Below are positions 51,872 to 64,000 of a DNA stretch of 64,000 nt, piece after piece. Every line of letters begins with the position of its first letter. Within the stretch, counting starts at the first letter, position 1. The stretch lies in assembly GCA_964016885.1 (NCBI GenBank), contig OZ024763.1, forward strand, positions 1,116,001 through 1,180,000, read 5' to 3'. The translations under genes and the position numbers were made by a program. Source of the DNA: Eledone cirrhosa (Eukaryota). The notes below the pieces were generated by a model. The model had not been told where the DNA came from. It saw only the letters and a program-made list of their open reading frames with translations, and did not search any database.

Positions 51872-52245
51872 GAAGGCGTGTGGCTTAGTGGTTAAGGTTT
51901 TGGGGCTCAATTCCTGGATCAGGCGGTGCATAGTATTCTTGAGAAACATTTTTTATTTCACATTGCTCCAGTCAAATTGAGTACCAGTAACATCTGGGGG
52001 TTAACCCAGTGACAGACTGGCATCTTGTCCAGGGGAAGTCTTTTACTCTCAATCACTTACCATCAATGAAACTCGGACAAGCTCTAGCATGATGAATATC
52101 CAAGCTTGGGACAGACTTTACCCCTACAATGGACTGGTGTCCTGTCCAGGGGGGAGTCATGTACTCTCAGTCACTTAACACCAATAAAACAGGGGTAAGC
52201 TTTGGTCTGATGAGTCTCCAAGCCTAGGACAGACTTTAACCCTTA
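51872..52245 (+). mobile_element. tRNA-derived SINE with duplicated V-like 3' module
   Basis: TGGCTTAGTGG head; gactggc/gtcctgtccagggg...ggacagacttta module present twice. Confidence 0.65.
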
Positions 52246-54067
52246 ACCTTTATGTTATTGATAGAATCAAAGTGGGTGCAGTGTTGAGTTGTTTAGGTAC
52301 TGGAACTGACAAAAGGCTTTCCATTTCTTCTCTGTAGATAAATGTATGTCCATTGCTATATTTCTAATGAAAGACACTGCCCGTGATTTACAAATGATTT
52401 TTCAAAAAATAATTCATTAGAAATATAATAATTGTTTCTACTTTTTGGCACAAGGCCATGAAAGTGTTTGTGTTATATATATATATAAAAACCTTCCATC
52501 ATAATTTTATGTAAGAACCTTTAAGTTATGTTCCAAACATAACTTAATTTAACTAAATTTTTGATTATTACTAAATTGAACTAAATTTTTGATTATTTTC
52601 AAAATTATTTGTAACTAGAGGCTGTGTCTTTCATTAAAAATATGGTAACGAAAGGATTAAAGTCATATATATTATAGGCTAAATGAATAGGTTAGTGGAT
52701 TGTTAACCACCACATCACATCAGATCTACTGCCACATCAAGTGATATCACAAATTGAGTCATGATAAAAAAAACTCCAGCTTCCTATAAATGAATAAAGA
52801 CATTCTGCGATATGTATTGAGTACTGTTTTCCCTCTTTACTCTGCATGTTACGTCAGCAAAGAATTGACAGAGTTGTTAAAATGTCGGATAGCGGATAGA
52901 ATGCTTTGCAGTATTCGTTCTGGCTCTCTGCAACTCTCAGTTTGAAATCAGCTGGTGTCAACTTTGCCTTTCATTTTTTTCGAGGTCAATAAAAAAAAAA
53001 AGTACCAGTCACATACTGGGTTGATTCCTCCTCTATATCTCTTTCCCACTCTCTCTCTCTCCTTCTCTGAAAATAGAAAAAAAAAATTGACTATATCCAG
53101 ACCTTGTGAGGGGAGGGGGCTCCTCCAGGGTTCAAAATTCCCAAGACATGCTCTGTACTACTACTGAGCCCTTACAATTCTATCAGGAATGTTGGCTCCA
53201 TACATACAAACATCTTCCAGAAGTTTTTAAATTGGTAGAGACGTTAGAACCTCAGATGCAATGCTTTGCACAATTTATTCCGGTTCTCTGTGTTTTGAGT
53301 TCAAAGCCTGCTGAGCTCATTTTAGCCTTTTCATCCTTTTGAGGTTGATAAAAAAAAAAAGTACCAGTCTAGTACTGGGTTGATTCTTCCCCTATATCTC
53401 TTTCTCATTTCCTTTCTGGAAAAAATCGGTTGTTTTCACACCTGGTGAGAGGTTAGGCTCCGACAGGTATAATAATAATAATAATAATTATGTCTCCATT
53501 AGAGAGTTACATATCCTTAGATATATGTCACAATACACACACATCGTCGTCTGATACTTTTGTAAAAAAAAGCTTGTCAGCCATTACTACAGGAGTTATC
53601 TCCCTTGGTTTTTTATAACCTGAACACCAATAGAGGGAGTTTTCGTCGTCAAATTGCAAATCTGATCCTAGTCGATTGGAGAGGTTTCTCCACTCGTCAT
53701 ATTTATGCAGCAACTCCCCCCCCCACTCTAGTTCTATGTCTATACTTTATACAGTGTATTCCCGACAGCCATTTTCGCCATAATCTTTATGGACATCAAC
53801 CTATAGGTGATAAAAAGATATCCATCTATCTCCAAGACATGGCAGCCTTCACAGTGCTGGTGCCATCATAAAATGGACTTGGTAGAATGGAGAGATCAGG
53901 AACTACTCTTGCTAGCAGGGAAAGGTAAATGATGATTATATATATACACAAATTTAAGGTATCAAAACATATTGTCTGATATTTGTGCTTCTCAATAGAA
54001 AAGCTCATAAGATATATGGTCCTTTCTCTGTATATATTTACATATATCTGTTAATTTGAATTATGTA

Positions 54068-54192
54068 TAATAATAATGAAATTATTGTGTACAGTGCTCA
54101 GGTGCACTACAATTCATCAAAGGTGCATGTATAGTACATAGAATAATGAACAAATGTCAGGAAAGTGAACAGTGTATGAGTCATGATATACA
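54068..54192 (-). mobile_element. CR1/L2 LINE 3' UTR fragment
   Basis: Matches 35765-35885. Confidence 0.85.
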
Positions 54193-54229
54193 CACTCAAA
54201 GATGGTTATAATTTGCTGGAGAAGTAAGC

Positions 54230-54503
54230 AGGAAGTTATACACAAGATACTGCTGTGGGAACCAACTCACAGGAGACACAGTAGAGGAAGTTATACACAA
54301 GTTACTGCTGTGGGAACCAACCCACAGGAGACACAGTAGAGGAAGTTATACACAAGTTACTGCTGTGGGAACAAACTCACAGGAGAAACAGTAGAGGAAA
54401 TTATACACAAGTTACTGCTGTGGGAACCAACTCACAGGAGAAACAGTAGAGGAAATTATACACAAGTTACTGCTGTGGGAATCAACTTATGGGAGAAACA
54501 GTA
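54230..54503. repeat. 55-bp minisatellite, 5 copies
   Basis: ggaagttatacacaagttactgctgtgggaaccaactcacaggagacacagtaga. Confidence 0.93.
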
Positions 54504-55420
54504 GTAATGTGGCCGTGTAGGTAACACGGTAAAAAGGCTCCCAGTCGACACTGTAATGTGGCCGTGTAGGTAACACGGTAAAAAGGCTCCCAGTCCACGC
54601 TGTAATGTGGCCGTGTAGGTAACATGGTAAAAAGGCTCCCAGTCCACACTGTAATGTGGCCGTGTAGGTAACACGGTAAAAAGGCTCCCAGTCCACGCTG
54701 TAATGTGGCCGTGTAGGTAACACGGTAAAAAGGCACCCAGTCGACACTGTAATGTGGCCGTGTAGGTAACATGGTAAAAAGGCTCCCAGTCCACACTGTA
54801 ATGTGGCCGTGTAGGTAACACGGTAAAAAGGCACCCAGTCCACACTGTAATGTGGCCGTGTAGGTAACACGGTAAAAAGGCACCCAGTCCACACTGTAAT
54901 GTGGCCGTGTAGGTAACACGGTAAAAAGGCTCCCAGTCCACGCTGGAATGTGGCCGTGTAGGTAACACGGTAAAAAGGCTCCCAGTCCACACTGTAATGT
55001 GGCCGTGTAGGTACCACGGTAAAAAGGCTCCCAGTCCACACTGTAATGTGGCCGTGTAGGTAACACGGTAAAAAGGCACCCAGTCGACACTGTAATGTGG
55101 CCGTGTAGGTAACACGGTAAAAAGGCTCCCAGTCCACACTGTAATGTGGCCGTGTAGGTACCACGGTAAAAAGGCTCCCAGTCCACACTGTAATGTGGCC
55201 GTGTAGGTAACACGGTAAAAAGGCACCCAGTCGACACTGTAATGTGGCCGTGTAGGTAACACGGTAAAAAGGCTCCCAGTCCACACTGTAATGTGGCCGT
55301 GTAGGTACCACGGTAAAAAGGCTCCCAGTCCACACTGTAATGTGGCCGTGTAGGTAACACGGTAAAAAGGCTCCCAGTCCACACTGTAAATGTGGTTGGT
55401 GTTAGGAAGGGCATCCAGCC
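54504..55420 (+). repeat. SINE-derived 49-bp minisatellite, 18 copies
   Basis: Runs into SINE sequence tgtggttggtgttaggaagggcatccagc; low-copy relative at 39530-39640 (-). Confidence 0.95.
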
Positions 55421-55429
55421 ATTGAAAAC

Positions 55430-55610
55430 ATGGAGGCACATGGCTTAGTGGTTAGAGCATTGGCCTTGCAATCGAAAAGTTGTGAGTTCAATTCTCAGAC
55501 CAGGTGATGTGTTGTTTCATTGAGCAAGACACTTTATTTCACATTGCTCCAGTTTACTCAGCTGTAGAAATGAGATGATATGGACTTGGGTCCCTATCAT
55601 TCCACTGCAA
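55430..55610 (+). mobile_element. SINE family A, 5' half
   Basis: Matches 39806-39985. Confidence 0.88.
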
Positions 55611-55981
55611 ACAACATGATAGGACTGCGCTTATCCCGCTATAAAACGCCCAAGAAACCACCTATGAAATACAACCTCATAAGAGGCCAGCTAACCTCTG
55701 CATAGGTGTAAGCTGTAACAACGTGATAGGACAGGAGTTCCTTATTAAAATGTTCAAGAAACCTATGAGATACCTCTTAGGACATCAGCTCAACTTACAT
55801 AGGTGTGAGCCGTAAATCGAATTTAATTTCACACACCTTACCAATAGAAACAAAATGTTACGAGAGAGAGAGAGAGAACAATTGACATACTTAACAATGT
55901 AATTATATTTTCCTTTATTAGCAGTTTGCAATAGAAAGGAAAACAAAAAGGACCAACTCCCAAAAAGAAACTCTATTTATT

Positions 55982-56113
55982 TTAATAAGTTTTTTCCTTT
56001 TTCTTGTGTCTTTTCTCATTGCTTTGTGAAGGATTTCCGTCAGTGTCAACCTTTTTAGGTTTTTGCCAGTTTAGGGGTTTCTTTCGATACATCGGCCAGG
56101 GAGGTAGCGTAAG
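55982..56113 (-). CDS. SPCS1: SPCS1 last exon (LTLPPWPMYRKKPLNWQKPKKVDTDGNPSQSNEKRHKKKEKTY*)
   Basis: ctctcttttcag acceptor, diagnostic LTLPPWPxYRxxPLxW motif, TAA stop, AATAAA about 65 nt downstream (55914-55919). Confidence 0.95.
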   Translation of the reverse strand, partial: LTLPPWPMYRKKPLNWQKPKKVDTDGNPSQSNEKRHKKKEKTY

Positions 56114-56275
56114 CTGAAAAGAGAGAATTAATAATTTAAAAAATGTCAGAAATTAAGACTTGATGAAATTGAACCTGGTATCAGGTTTATGGCAGATAAT
56201 TGGCAGAGTTATTATTAGGGGATCAAAATAGTTTAAAACTCTGTAAGATAATAATTGTTTCTACTTTTGATATGT

Positions 56276-56535
56276 CTAGGGTGGGTAAAATTCCCGAGAT
56301 CCATGGATGAGTTCTCTCCAGCGGTCTCTGTCCCTCATTATCGCTGCCATGTCCTGTGTCTCCAAGAGACCAGTATCTGGCCTTAGGGCATCAACATATG
56401 TTAACCTCGGTCTTCCTCTTCCAGAGTGTCCATGCAGAGGTTCCCACAGGAGCACTGAGTGCAGTGTCAACTCTGGATGTCGGTGAGCATGTCCAGCTAA
56501 CCTCAGTCTCCTCTGTGTCACTTTTGATATAAGGC
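56276..56535 (-). mobile_element. RTE-like LINE 3' coding fragment in SPCS1 intron 3
   Basis: ISKVTQRRLRLAGHAHRHPE...LLWEPLHGHSGRGRPRLTYVDAL...DRDRWRE; the 3' end is also seen at 7118-7178. Confidence 0.85.
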
Positions 56536-56639
56536 CAGCAATTTGAAGGGAAGGGAAGGGGCGGAATGTTGATGGAATCGACCCCAGTGTCTTACTGGTA
56601 CTTTCTGTTATTGATGGGATTTGAACTAAGTCTGTTAGA

Positions 56640-57152
56640 TCATAATGGTTTTTTATATAGGCACAAGGCCAGCAATTTTGGGGGTGGGAAAGTCGATTAA
56701 ATCGATCCCAGTACATTACTGGTACTTTATTTTATCAACTCATGTAATAATAATTGTTTCTACTTTTGGCACAAGGCCAGCAATTACCCAGTGTATTACT
56801 GGTACTTTATTTTATCGACCCCGTAAGGATGAAAGGCAAAGTTTACCTCGGCGGGATTTGAACTCAGAATGGCAAGGGCCGTAACTCCATGCATCAAAGC
56901 ATGGTGTCCGACATTCTACCGATACTGCCAATCCACCGCCCTGTAATAATAATAATAATAATTGTTTCTACTTCTGGCACAAGGCCAGCAATTATCCCAG
57001 TGCATTACTGGTACTTTATTTTATCGACCCTGTAAGGATGAAAGGCAAAGTCAACCTCGGCGGGATTTGAACTCGGATCATAAAGGACCGTAACTCTTTG
57101 CTGCAAAGCATGGCGTCCGGCCCTCTAGCGATACTGCCAATCCACCGTCCTT
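56640..57152 (-). mobile_element. Three SINE family C copies in SPCS1 intron 3
   Basis: Reverse complements of the family C body. Confidence 0.85.
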
Positions 57153-57180
57153 AAATAATAATAATAATAATGATACTTAC

Positions 57181-57267
57181 GAAACACGAAAGGGCAAATC
57201 CAGCCAATAAAATATACATTGTCCATGAAAACTGCTGACAAATATAGCCATAGATGAAACCAACCAC
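57181..57267 (-). CDS. SPCS1: SPCS1 exon 3 ([29 protein letters not shown])
   Basis: TACAG acceptor, 87 nt, GTAAGT donor. Matches SPCS1 [29 protein letters not shown]. Confidence 0.95.
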
Positions 57268-57335
57268 CTGTAATTAAAGGGTTAATTAATTGTTGTAATT
57301 TGATTTGACAGGAAAATCTTTAAAGCAATTGTATG

Positions 57336-57975
57336 TTGGCACTATGATAAAATACACCCAGTACACTCTGTAAAGTGGTAGTGCTGGCACAATGATAAAA
57401 TACACCAAGTACACTTTGTAAAGTGGTAGTGCTGACACAATGATAAAATATACCAAGTACACTCTGTAAAGTGGTAGTGCTGGCACAATGATAAAATACA
57501 CCAAGTACACTCTGTAAAGTGGTAGTGCTGGCACAATGATAAAATATACCAAGTACATTCTGTAAAGTGGTAGTGCTGGCGCTATGATAAAATGCACTCA
57601 GTACACTCTGTAAATGCACCCAGTTCACACTGTAAAGAGGTCATGCTGGTGATAGACAAAAAACCCCATCCAGTCCACCGTATAAAGTGGTTGTGTTAGT
57701 GACACAATGAAAAAGTACCCAGTCCAACCTGTCAGTTGGTTGTTTTGGTGCTACGATAAAAAAAGCACCCAGTCCACACTGTAAATGTGGTCATATTGGT
57801 AACATGACAAAAAGCACCCAGTCCACACTGTAAATGTGGTTGTTGTTAGGAAGGACATCCAGCGGTAGCAACCAAGCCAGAAACAGTCCTGTAGGAACAA
57901 GACATGGTCATCTGATCTGACTTGTCTCACAACAGGACAACTCATCTAACCCATGCCAGGGTGGAAAATGGACAG
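57336..57975 (+). mobile_element. SINE 3' part with ~10 tandem 48-bp-type units (SPCS1 intron 2)
   Basis: Units grade into the SINE body and tail. Confidence 0.82.
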
Positions 57976-58085
57976 AGAGATCCCCACACAAAGCCCAGGA
58001 TTACTGTTACTTCACAGACAATCAAAATGGCCTCTCATGGCTTCCTTCTCCCTGATTAGAAAAGCATAAATAATAATGTTCTTAC

Positions 58086-58145
58086 TCCAAATAGAACAAT
58101 AATAATCTGGAATGTTCTTTCTGCCTGTCTTTGGCCATCAAAGTC
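58086..58145 (-). CDS. SPCS1: SPCS1 exon 2 (DFDGQRQAERTFQIIIVLFG)
   Basis: Long polypyrimidine tract + TAG acceptor, 60 nt, GTAAGA donor. Matches SPCS1 [20 protein letters not shown]. Confidence 0.95.
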
Positions 58146-58205
58146 CTACAAGAAAGAAAAAAAGAGAGATCAGCATTTTCAAAAGATGAAATAAAAAGGC
58201 TGATG

Positions 58206-58902
58206 ATGGTGTCATGATAAAATACACCCAGTACACCCTGTAAAGTGGTAGTACTGGTGGCACGATATAATACACTCAGTACACTCTGTAAGGTGGTAGT
58301 GTTGGTGTCATGATAAAATACACCCAGTACACCCTGTAAAGTGGTAGTACTGGTGGCACGATATAATACACTCAGTACACTCTGTAAGGTGGTAGTGTTG
58401 GTGTCATGATAAAATACACCCAGTACACCCTGTAAAGTGGTAGTACTGGTGGCACGATATAATACACTCAGTACACTCTGTAAGGTGGTAGTGTTGGTGT
58501 CATGATAAAATACACTCAGTACACCCTGTAAAGTGGTAGTACTGGTGGCACGATAAAATACACCCAGTACACTCTGTAAGGTGGTAGTGTTGGTGTCATG
58601 ATAAAATACACCCAGTACACCCTGTAAAGTGGTAGTACTGGTGGCACGATATAATACACTCAGTACACTCTGTAAGGTGGTAGTGCTGGTGTCATGATAA
58701 AATACACCCAGTACACTCTGTAAAGTGGTAGTGGTGGTATCATGATAAAATACACCCTGTACACTCTGTAAAGTGGATGGCATCAGGAAGGACATGAAGC
58801 TGTAGAAACACTTCCGTATATAAAAACGACGCACTTCGTTTCAAACGCAGACGACCCATCCAAACCATGAAAGTGGAGGTAATATGATGACGACGATGAT
58901 GA
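58206..58902 (+). mobile_element. SINE 3' part with ~12 tandem 48-bp units (SPCS1 intron 1)
   Basis: Alternating A/B units, then caggaagg and an RTE-type tail. Confidence 0.85.
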
Positions 58903-59534
58903 AAATATATCTTTAAAAACACCTAAGCCCCCATTTAAACCCCCCACTCCACCTTTTCCTAGCCAAAACCTTCAATTTGTCTCCCGTAATTTTTTAAATT
59001 TCCGTTCAAAAATTTTTCTTTTGCTTTATTTTACCCCTACCTTGAAGGAGTTATCTCCCCTGCACTATGTAACGGATCAAAGCGGGTGTGTCTCAGGACG
59101 TCAGATTTATTTAGTACACAGCAATGAAAACACCACAACTTTTAGAAGACAGACATCAAAATAGTATCTCTTCCTCTCACGACCCCTCCCTGGATTAAAT
59201 GGGCAAAGAAGAAGACATCAAAATAGTATCTCTCTCACGTATTTTGTTGCAGTTTTAAAATTAAATTATTATGTTCGAGAAAGATTAAATGAAGCTATTT
59301 TGAAAAATTTTATTTTATCAAGGTGTATCAAAAAAAATATATAATCCATTGAACAATAATGATAAAGGAAAGAAAAAGAGGAGGAGGAGGGGGGCGGCAA
59401 TTCGCCACCAGGTGTGACAATGGCCCACACCTCACACTTTAGGGGCTAACTACACATTTTGAAGCAACACGCAGCATTACCACAGGTGATTGCGAAAGTT
59501 ACTGTAATAGTTCTAAACATTTCGTTATTTTCAT

Positions 59535-59762
59535 TTTATAACTGCGGTTGTACTCTTGGCAATGGAGACTTCTGCTGCCCTCGGCCTTAGGGCTACCTCC
59601 CTACTCACCACCATAGGCGCTGAGCTGGCCAGCCGCAGGTGTGAGCCCCGCGAGTTGGAGTGGCTTTTCCAGCGGGTCTCCCTTGCCGTCCTCTGGGGAA
59701 ACCCCTTCTCCATTCTGTCCGCCGGGGCTGCGGGGAGGCCCCATTACGTAGGATTCCACTGA
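59535..59762 (+). mobile_element. CRE-like non-LTR retrotransposon endonuclease C-terminal fragment
   Basis: AMETSAALGLRATSLLTTIGAELASRRCEPRELEWLFQRVSLAVLWGNPFSIL fits the CRE-clade pattern ETxGxxG...QRxSxAxxRGN. Confidence 0.7.
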
Positions 59763-60251
59763 ATCAAGCATAGGTTAAAATAGAAAACAGTGGTCGAAAA
59801 TTCAGCAAGACGCCATTCGGCTATTTTCGGGGTGCGACCATTTTTTGTTTCGTTTGGCCTTTCAAAATCTAAACAAACATTTTTTTAGACGAACTGGTAA
59901 AATATTTGAAAGCGGTGCCGTACGGGGGAGGAGACCTACATAACTGTGGTAGCTCGGTTCCTATCTGTTCGAACTTGGTATATGTGTAGATGTACCCAGA
60001 CAGACACACTGAGGCACAAATGTATATCTCTCTATCTATCTCTATCTCTCTCTCTCTCTATATATATATATATCCAGGAAGCTCCAACCGTTAAGGTTGC
60101 ATTTTTTCAGGGTATGTCAATATTTATTTATAAAACTAATCTGTATTGTATTTATCTGATGAAAGCGCACCATAATCTGCCTTGGTGGCCCTTGAAATAT
60201 GTATAATAAAATAAATATGGTTTTATAAATATAGTTTTTATTTGTTAATAT

Positions 60252-60287
<36 letters not shown>

Positions 60288-60438
60288 TTAGGAGAAATAA
60301 TGTATTTTAAATTTTATCCAACAATAATAACAACATCTAAGTATTTATAAGGGTTAATTGAAATGTTGTGTTTTCGTATTTAATTGACCAAAACTAGTCA
60401 GGCATATGGCTTCATATACATTTATATAGAATCATACA

Positions 60439-60478
<40 letters not shown>

Positions 60479-60885
60479 TAGTGTTTGTCCTGCATCCGAT
60501 CAGAGACCAGCTTCTCCACTAAACAGTGGTGGTCACATCTGGACTACGAAACAAGAAAATTTTAATCTTACTAAATAAGCTCTCTTGCAATAGATTGAAC
60601 ATCAATATATATATATATATATATACACTATATATAATATACATATATACACATATATATATAATATACATATATATATACATTATATATATATATATAT
60701 ATACACATATATATATATATAATATATATAAACATGTTTAAAGATCAATATATATATATATATACACTATATATAATATACATATATACACATATATATA
60801 TAATATATATATACATTATATATATATATATATATACACATATATATATATATAATATATATAAACATGTTTAAAGATATCTTAC

Positions 60886-60942
60886 CATATGTGTAGGTAT
60901 GGATCTTATACTTTCGGGGAGAAAATCTTTGATGAAATCCAT
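60886..60942 (-). CDS. SPCS1: Signal peptidase complex subunit 1, coding exon 1 (MDFIKDFLPESIRSIPTHM)
   Basis: ATG at 60942, 19 codons, then a GTAAGA donor (phase 0). SIPTHM matches SPCS1 SLPTQM and joins in frame to the next three exons. Confidence 0.9.
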
Positions 60943-61139
60943 TGTCTGGTTTAATATCTGTCTGTAGTTTAATATTTAAATAACAAAACCTGGACAGTTT
61001 TATATTTTATATTTATATATATAAAATATTTCTCTGCCAGAAATGAAAGTTACTAAAAGGGAGCCGTGTTTTGTGTTGTACGTTGAAATCTCGTCAGTTC
61101 TCGTTTAGCCGACAAACCCAGAAACGAGATTAACGTTAT

Positions 61140-62205
61140 TATGTTTCTAGGGTGAGGTGGAGTGGAAGGGAGTAGAGTGTGGTAATATATAGACGGTAGG
61201 GCCATGTAGAAGGGTGAGGTGGAGTGGAGTGTGGTAATATATAGACGGTAGGGTCATGTGGAAGGGTGAGGTGGAGTGGAAGAGAGTAGAGTGTGGTAAT
61301 ATATAGACGGTAGAGCCATGTAGAAGGGTGAGGTGGAGTGGAAGAGAGTAGAGTGTGGTAATATATAGACGGTAGGGCCATGTAGAAGGGTGAGGTGGAG
61401 TGGAGTGTGGTAATATATAGACGGTAGGGTCATGTAGAAGGGTGAGGTGGAGTGGAATGTGGTAATATATAGACGGTAGGATCGTGTGGAAGGGTTTTTA
61501 TGTTCCTAGGGTGAGGTGGAGTGTGGTAATATATAGACGGTAGGGTAAAAAAAAGGGTGAGGTGGAATGGAATGTGGTAATATATAGACGGTAGGGTCGT
61601 GTGGAAGGGTTGTTATGTTCCTAGGGTGAGGTGGAGTGGAGTGGTAATATATAGACGGTAGGGTCGTGTAGAAAGGTTGTTATGTTCCTAGGGTGAGGTG
61701 GAGTGGAGTGTGGTAATATATAGACGGTAGGATCGTGTAGAAGGTTGTTATATTCCTAGGGTGAGGTGGAGTGGAGTGTGGTAATATATAGACGGTAGGG
61801 TCGTGTAGAAAGGTTGTTATGTTCCTAGGGTGAGGTGGAGTGGAGTGGTAATATATAGACGGTAGAGTCGTGTAGAAGGTTGTTATATTCCTAGGGTGAG
61901 GTGGAGTGGAGTGTGGTAATATATAGACGGTAGGGTCGTGTAGAAAGGTTGTTATGTTCCTAGGGTGAGGTGGAGTGGAGTGTGGTAATATATAGACGGT
62001 AGGATCGTGTACAAACGTTATGTTCCTAGGGTGAGGGGGAGTGGAGTGTGGTAATATATAGATGGTAGGGTCGTGTACAAGGGTTATGTTCCTAGGATGA
62101 GGTGGAATGGAGTGGAAGAGAGTAGAGTGTAGTAATATATAGATGGTGGGGTCACGTAGAAGTGTTGTTATGTTCCTAGGGTCAGGTGAAGTGGAGTGGA
62201 GCTAT
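61140..62205. repeat. G-rich ~55-70-bp minisatellite (agggtgaggtggagtggagtgtggtaatatatagacggt...)
   Basis: ~16 visible copies in two subtypes. Confidence 0.93.
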
Positions 62206-62688
62206 GTCTCAGGTGTGAGGTGGAGAGGAGTTTCGAAACAGCTCCACTCCACTTCACCCTCAAAATATAGCTTAACTCCACTCCAACGGACCCTCAAAAC
62301 ACAGCTGCGCTGCACTCCATCCTCAAAATATAACTTCACTCCACACCTCCCTCAATACATAGCTCTACTCCACTCTACCAGACCCTGAAAACAGCTCTAC
62401 TCCACTCAAGTCTATCTCACCCCCAAAATATAGCTCCACTCAACCTCTTTTGAGGACCCTGCCCTACGACCCTCTCAGATAAAATAAAATGTTCATTTCT
62501 TGCTTGTAAAATGTAGCCTACAAAATGTTTAAATAGAATATAAAAATTATTTAAAAATAAAGGAAACCCCTAAAAATATGAAAAAAATTTATAAAATAAT
62601 TAAAAAACAAAAAATAACAAACAATGAAAACCCTCTAAAAATAAATAAAATAATTTGAAAAACAAAAAAAAACAGAACGTAAGTTTCA

Positions 62689-62703
62689 GCGGAAGTGACG
62701 TCA
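62689..62703. promoter_or_regulatory. Overlapping ETS-CRE motif GCGGAAGTGACGTCA in a candidate promoter
   Basis: Exact CGGAAGTG plus palindromic TGACGTCA; further ACTTCCGC sites near 62728 and 62972; CpG-retaining region. Confidence 0.6.
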
Positions 62704-64000
62704 GGTTATTTTCACATACAACATTAACTTCCGCCGAGATTTCCCCCACCGTCGCCATCACCATCACAATTCCCTCACCCCCACCCCTTCATCACTTTCG
62801 CTACCACTCCCCCTCTTATTATTCACTTTCACTTCTCTCACCGTCACCATCATCATCTTTATAAGTGCCTCTTCCTCCTCCACCACCATCATCTTCATCA
62901 CATCCGCTTCACCCATCACCACCACCACCATCATCTTTATAAGTTCCTCCGCCACCTCCACCATCTTCATCACTTCCGCTTCCACCGCCTCCACTACTAC
63001 TATCTCCTCTGTTGACAACGACGAAGAAGAAGAAAGAAAAAAGAGAGAGGAAAGACAAGAAGAAAGACGAGAGAAATAAGACCCAAAAAATACAAACTTT
63101 TTAACGTATTCTTAATGTCGTCGTTCGTATTGTGTATATATTATTGTAAATATTAATCCATCTGCTACAATGGTGAAGGTTTATTGCTCTAGTAATGTCA
63201 CCCTATGGTGTAATATCTCTTATAATATAATTACTTCTTCTCTGTTTCATATTGAAACCAGCTGATCAACCATGTCTTCTCACTCTTTCTACCAATTTTA
63301 CACTTTTAACATTAATTCTCTCTTAATATTATTACTATTACATTATTGTTTTCATTATTACTATAGTTTTATATCCCTAGATTTATTATATAATTAATAT
63401 TGCTATTATATTTACTATTATTATAGTTATATATATATATATAATTAATATTGGTTTTATATTTACTATTATTATTATTATAGTTATATAATTAATATTG
63501 CTTTTATATTTACTATTATTATTATATATATATAATTAATATTGCTATTATATTTACTATTATTACTATAATTTTATATTCCTAGCTTTATAAATATAAT
63601 ATTTCTACTGCTATAATTACTATTTTCATTATCACTAATTTTATATCCTTTAATTTATTATACAATTATTACTATTATTATATTTAAAATTATTACTATA
63701 GTTTTATATATCTAGATTTATTATGTAATTATTACCACTATTATATTTACTATTATTACTATAGTTTCATATTCCTAAGTTTATTATTATTAATATTACT
63801 ACTATAATTATATTATATTATAGTTTTTATTATAAAGCTATTACTATCATTTGTATTATCATTATAGTTTAATATTCCTAAATGTATTACTATTACTCTA
63901 ATTACTATATTATATAATAACTATTATAATTGCTATTATGAAAGCACAGTTTGAATATTAATTAATTTTTTTGTACAATCCTGGGGCTTGGTGAGGGTAC

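Noticed and set aside
52207-52235. CTGATGAG as a hammerhead core
   Set aside because: No downstream GAAA or stem III; it is part of a SINE 3' module.
60476-60541. Possible extra SPCS1 exon after a good minus-strand acceptor (SRCDHHCLVEKLVSDRMQDKH*)
   Set aside because: No similarity to SPCS1 and an in-frame stop; the 58145 exon gives the conserved protein.

Overview
AT-rich, microsatellite-saturated animal genomic DNA; the SINE/LINE content suggests a coleoid cephalopod, probably Octopus (inference). Two intron-containing genes can be assembled by hand. (1) A complete 4-exon SPCS1 (signal peptidase complex subunit 1, 111 aa) on the minus strand at 60942-55982. (2) A divergent ARF-family small GTPase on the plus strand (exons 31962-32039, 32973-33046, 34471-34708, 40275-40609; first coding exon not found). 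It has WDIGSR in place of WDVGGQ, an ~85-aa C-terminal extension and a triplicated splice donor. The rest is tRNA-derived SINEs, RTE, CR1/L2 and CRE LINE fragments, mariner, piggyBac-like and hAT-like remnants, and simple repeats; nearly all long ORFs in the track are repeat artefacts. Two unexplained patterns stand out. First, most minisatellites are tandem amplifications of internal transposon segments, with the same unit recurring at separate loci in different copy numbers. Second, several families of short palindromic elements sit in (TA)n tracts, and some carry hammerhead-ribozyme-like cores (Penelope- or retrozyme-like). Repeat boundaries and copy numbers were counted by eye and are approximate.
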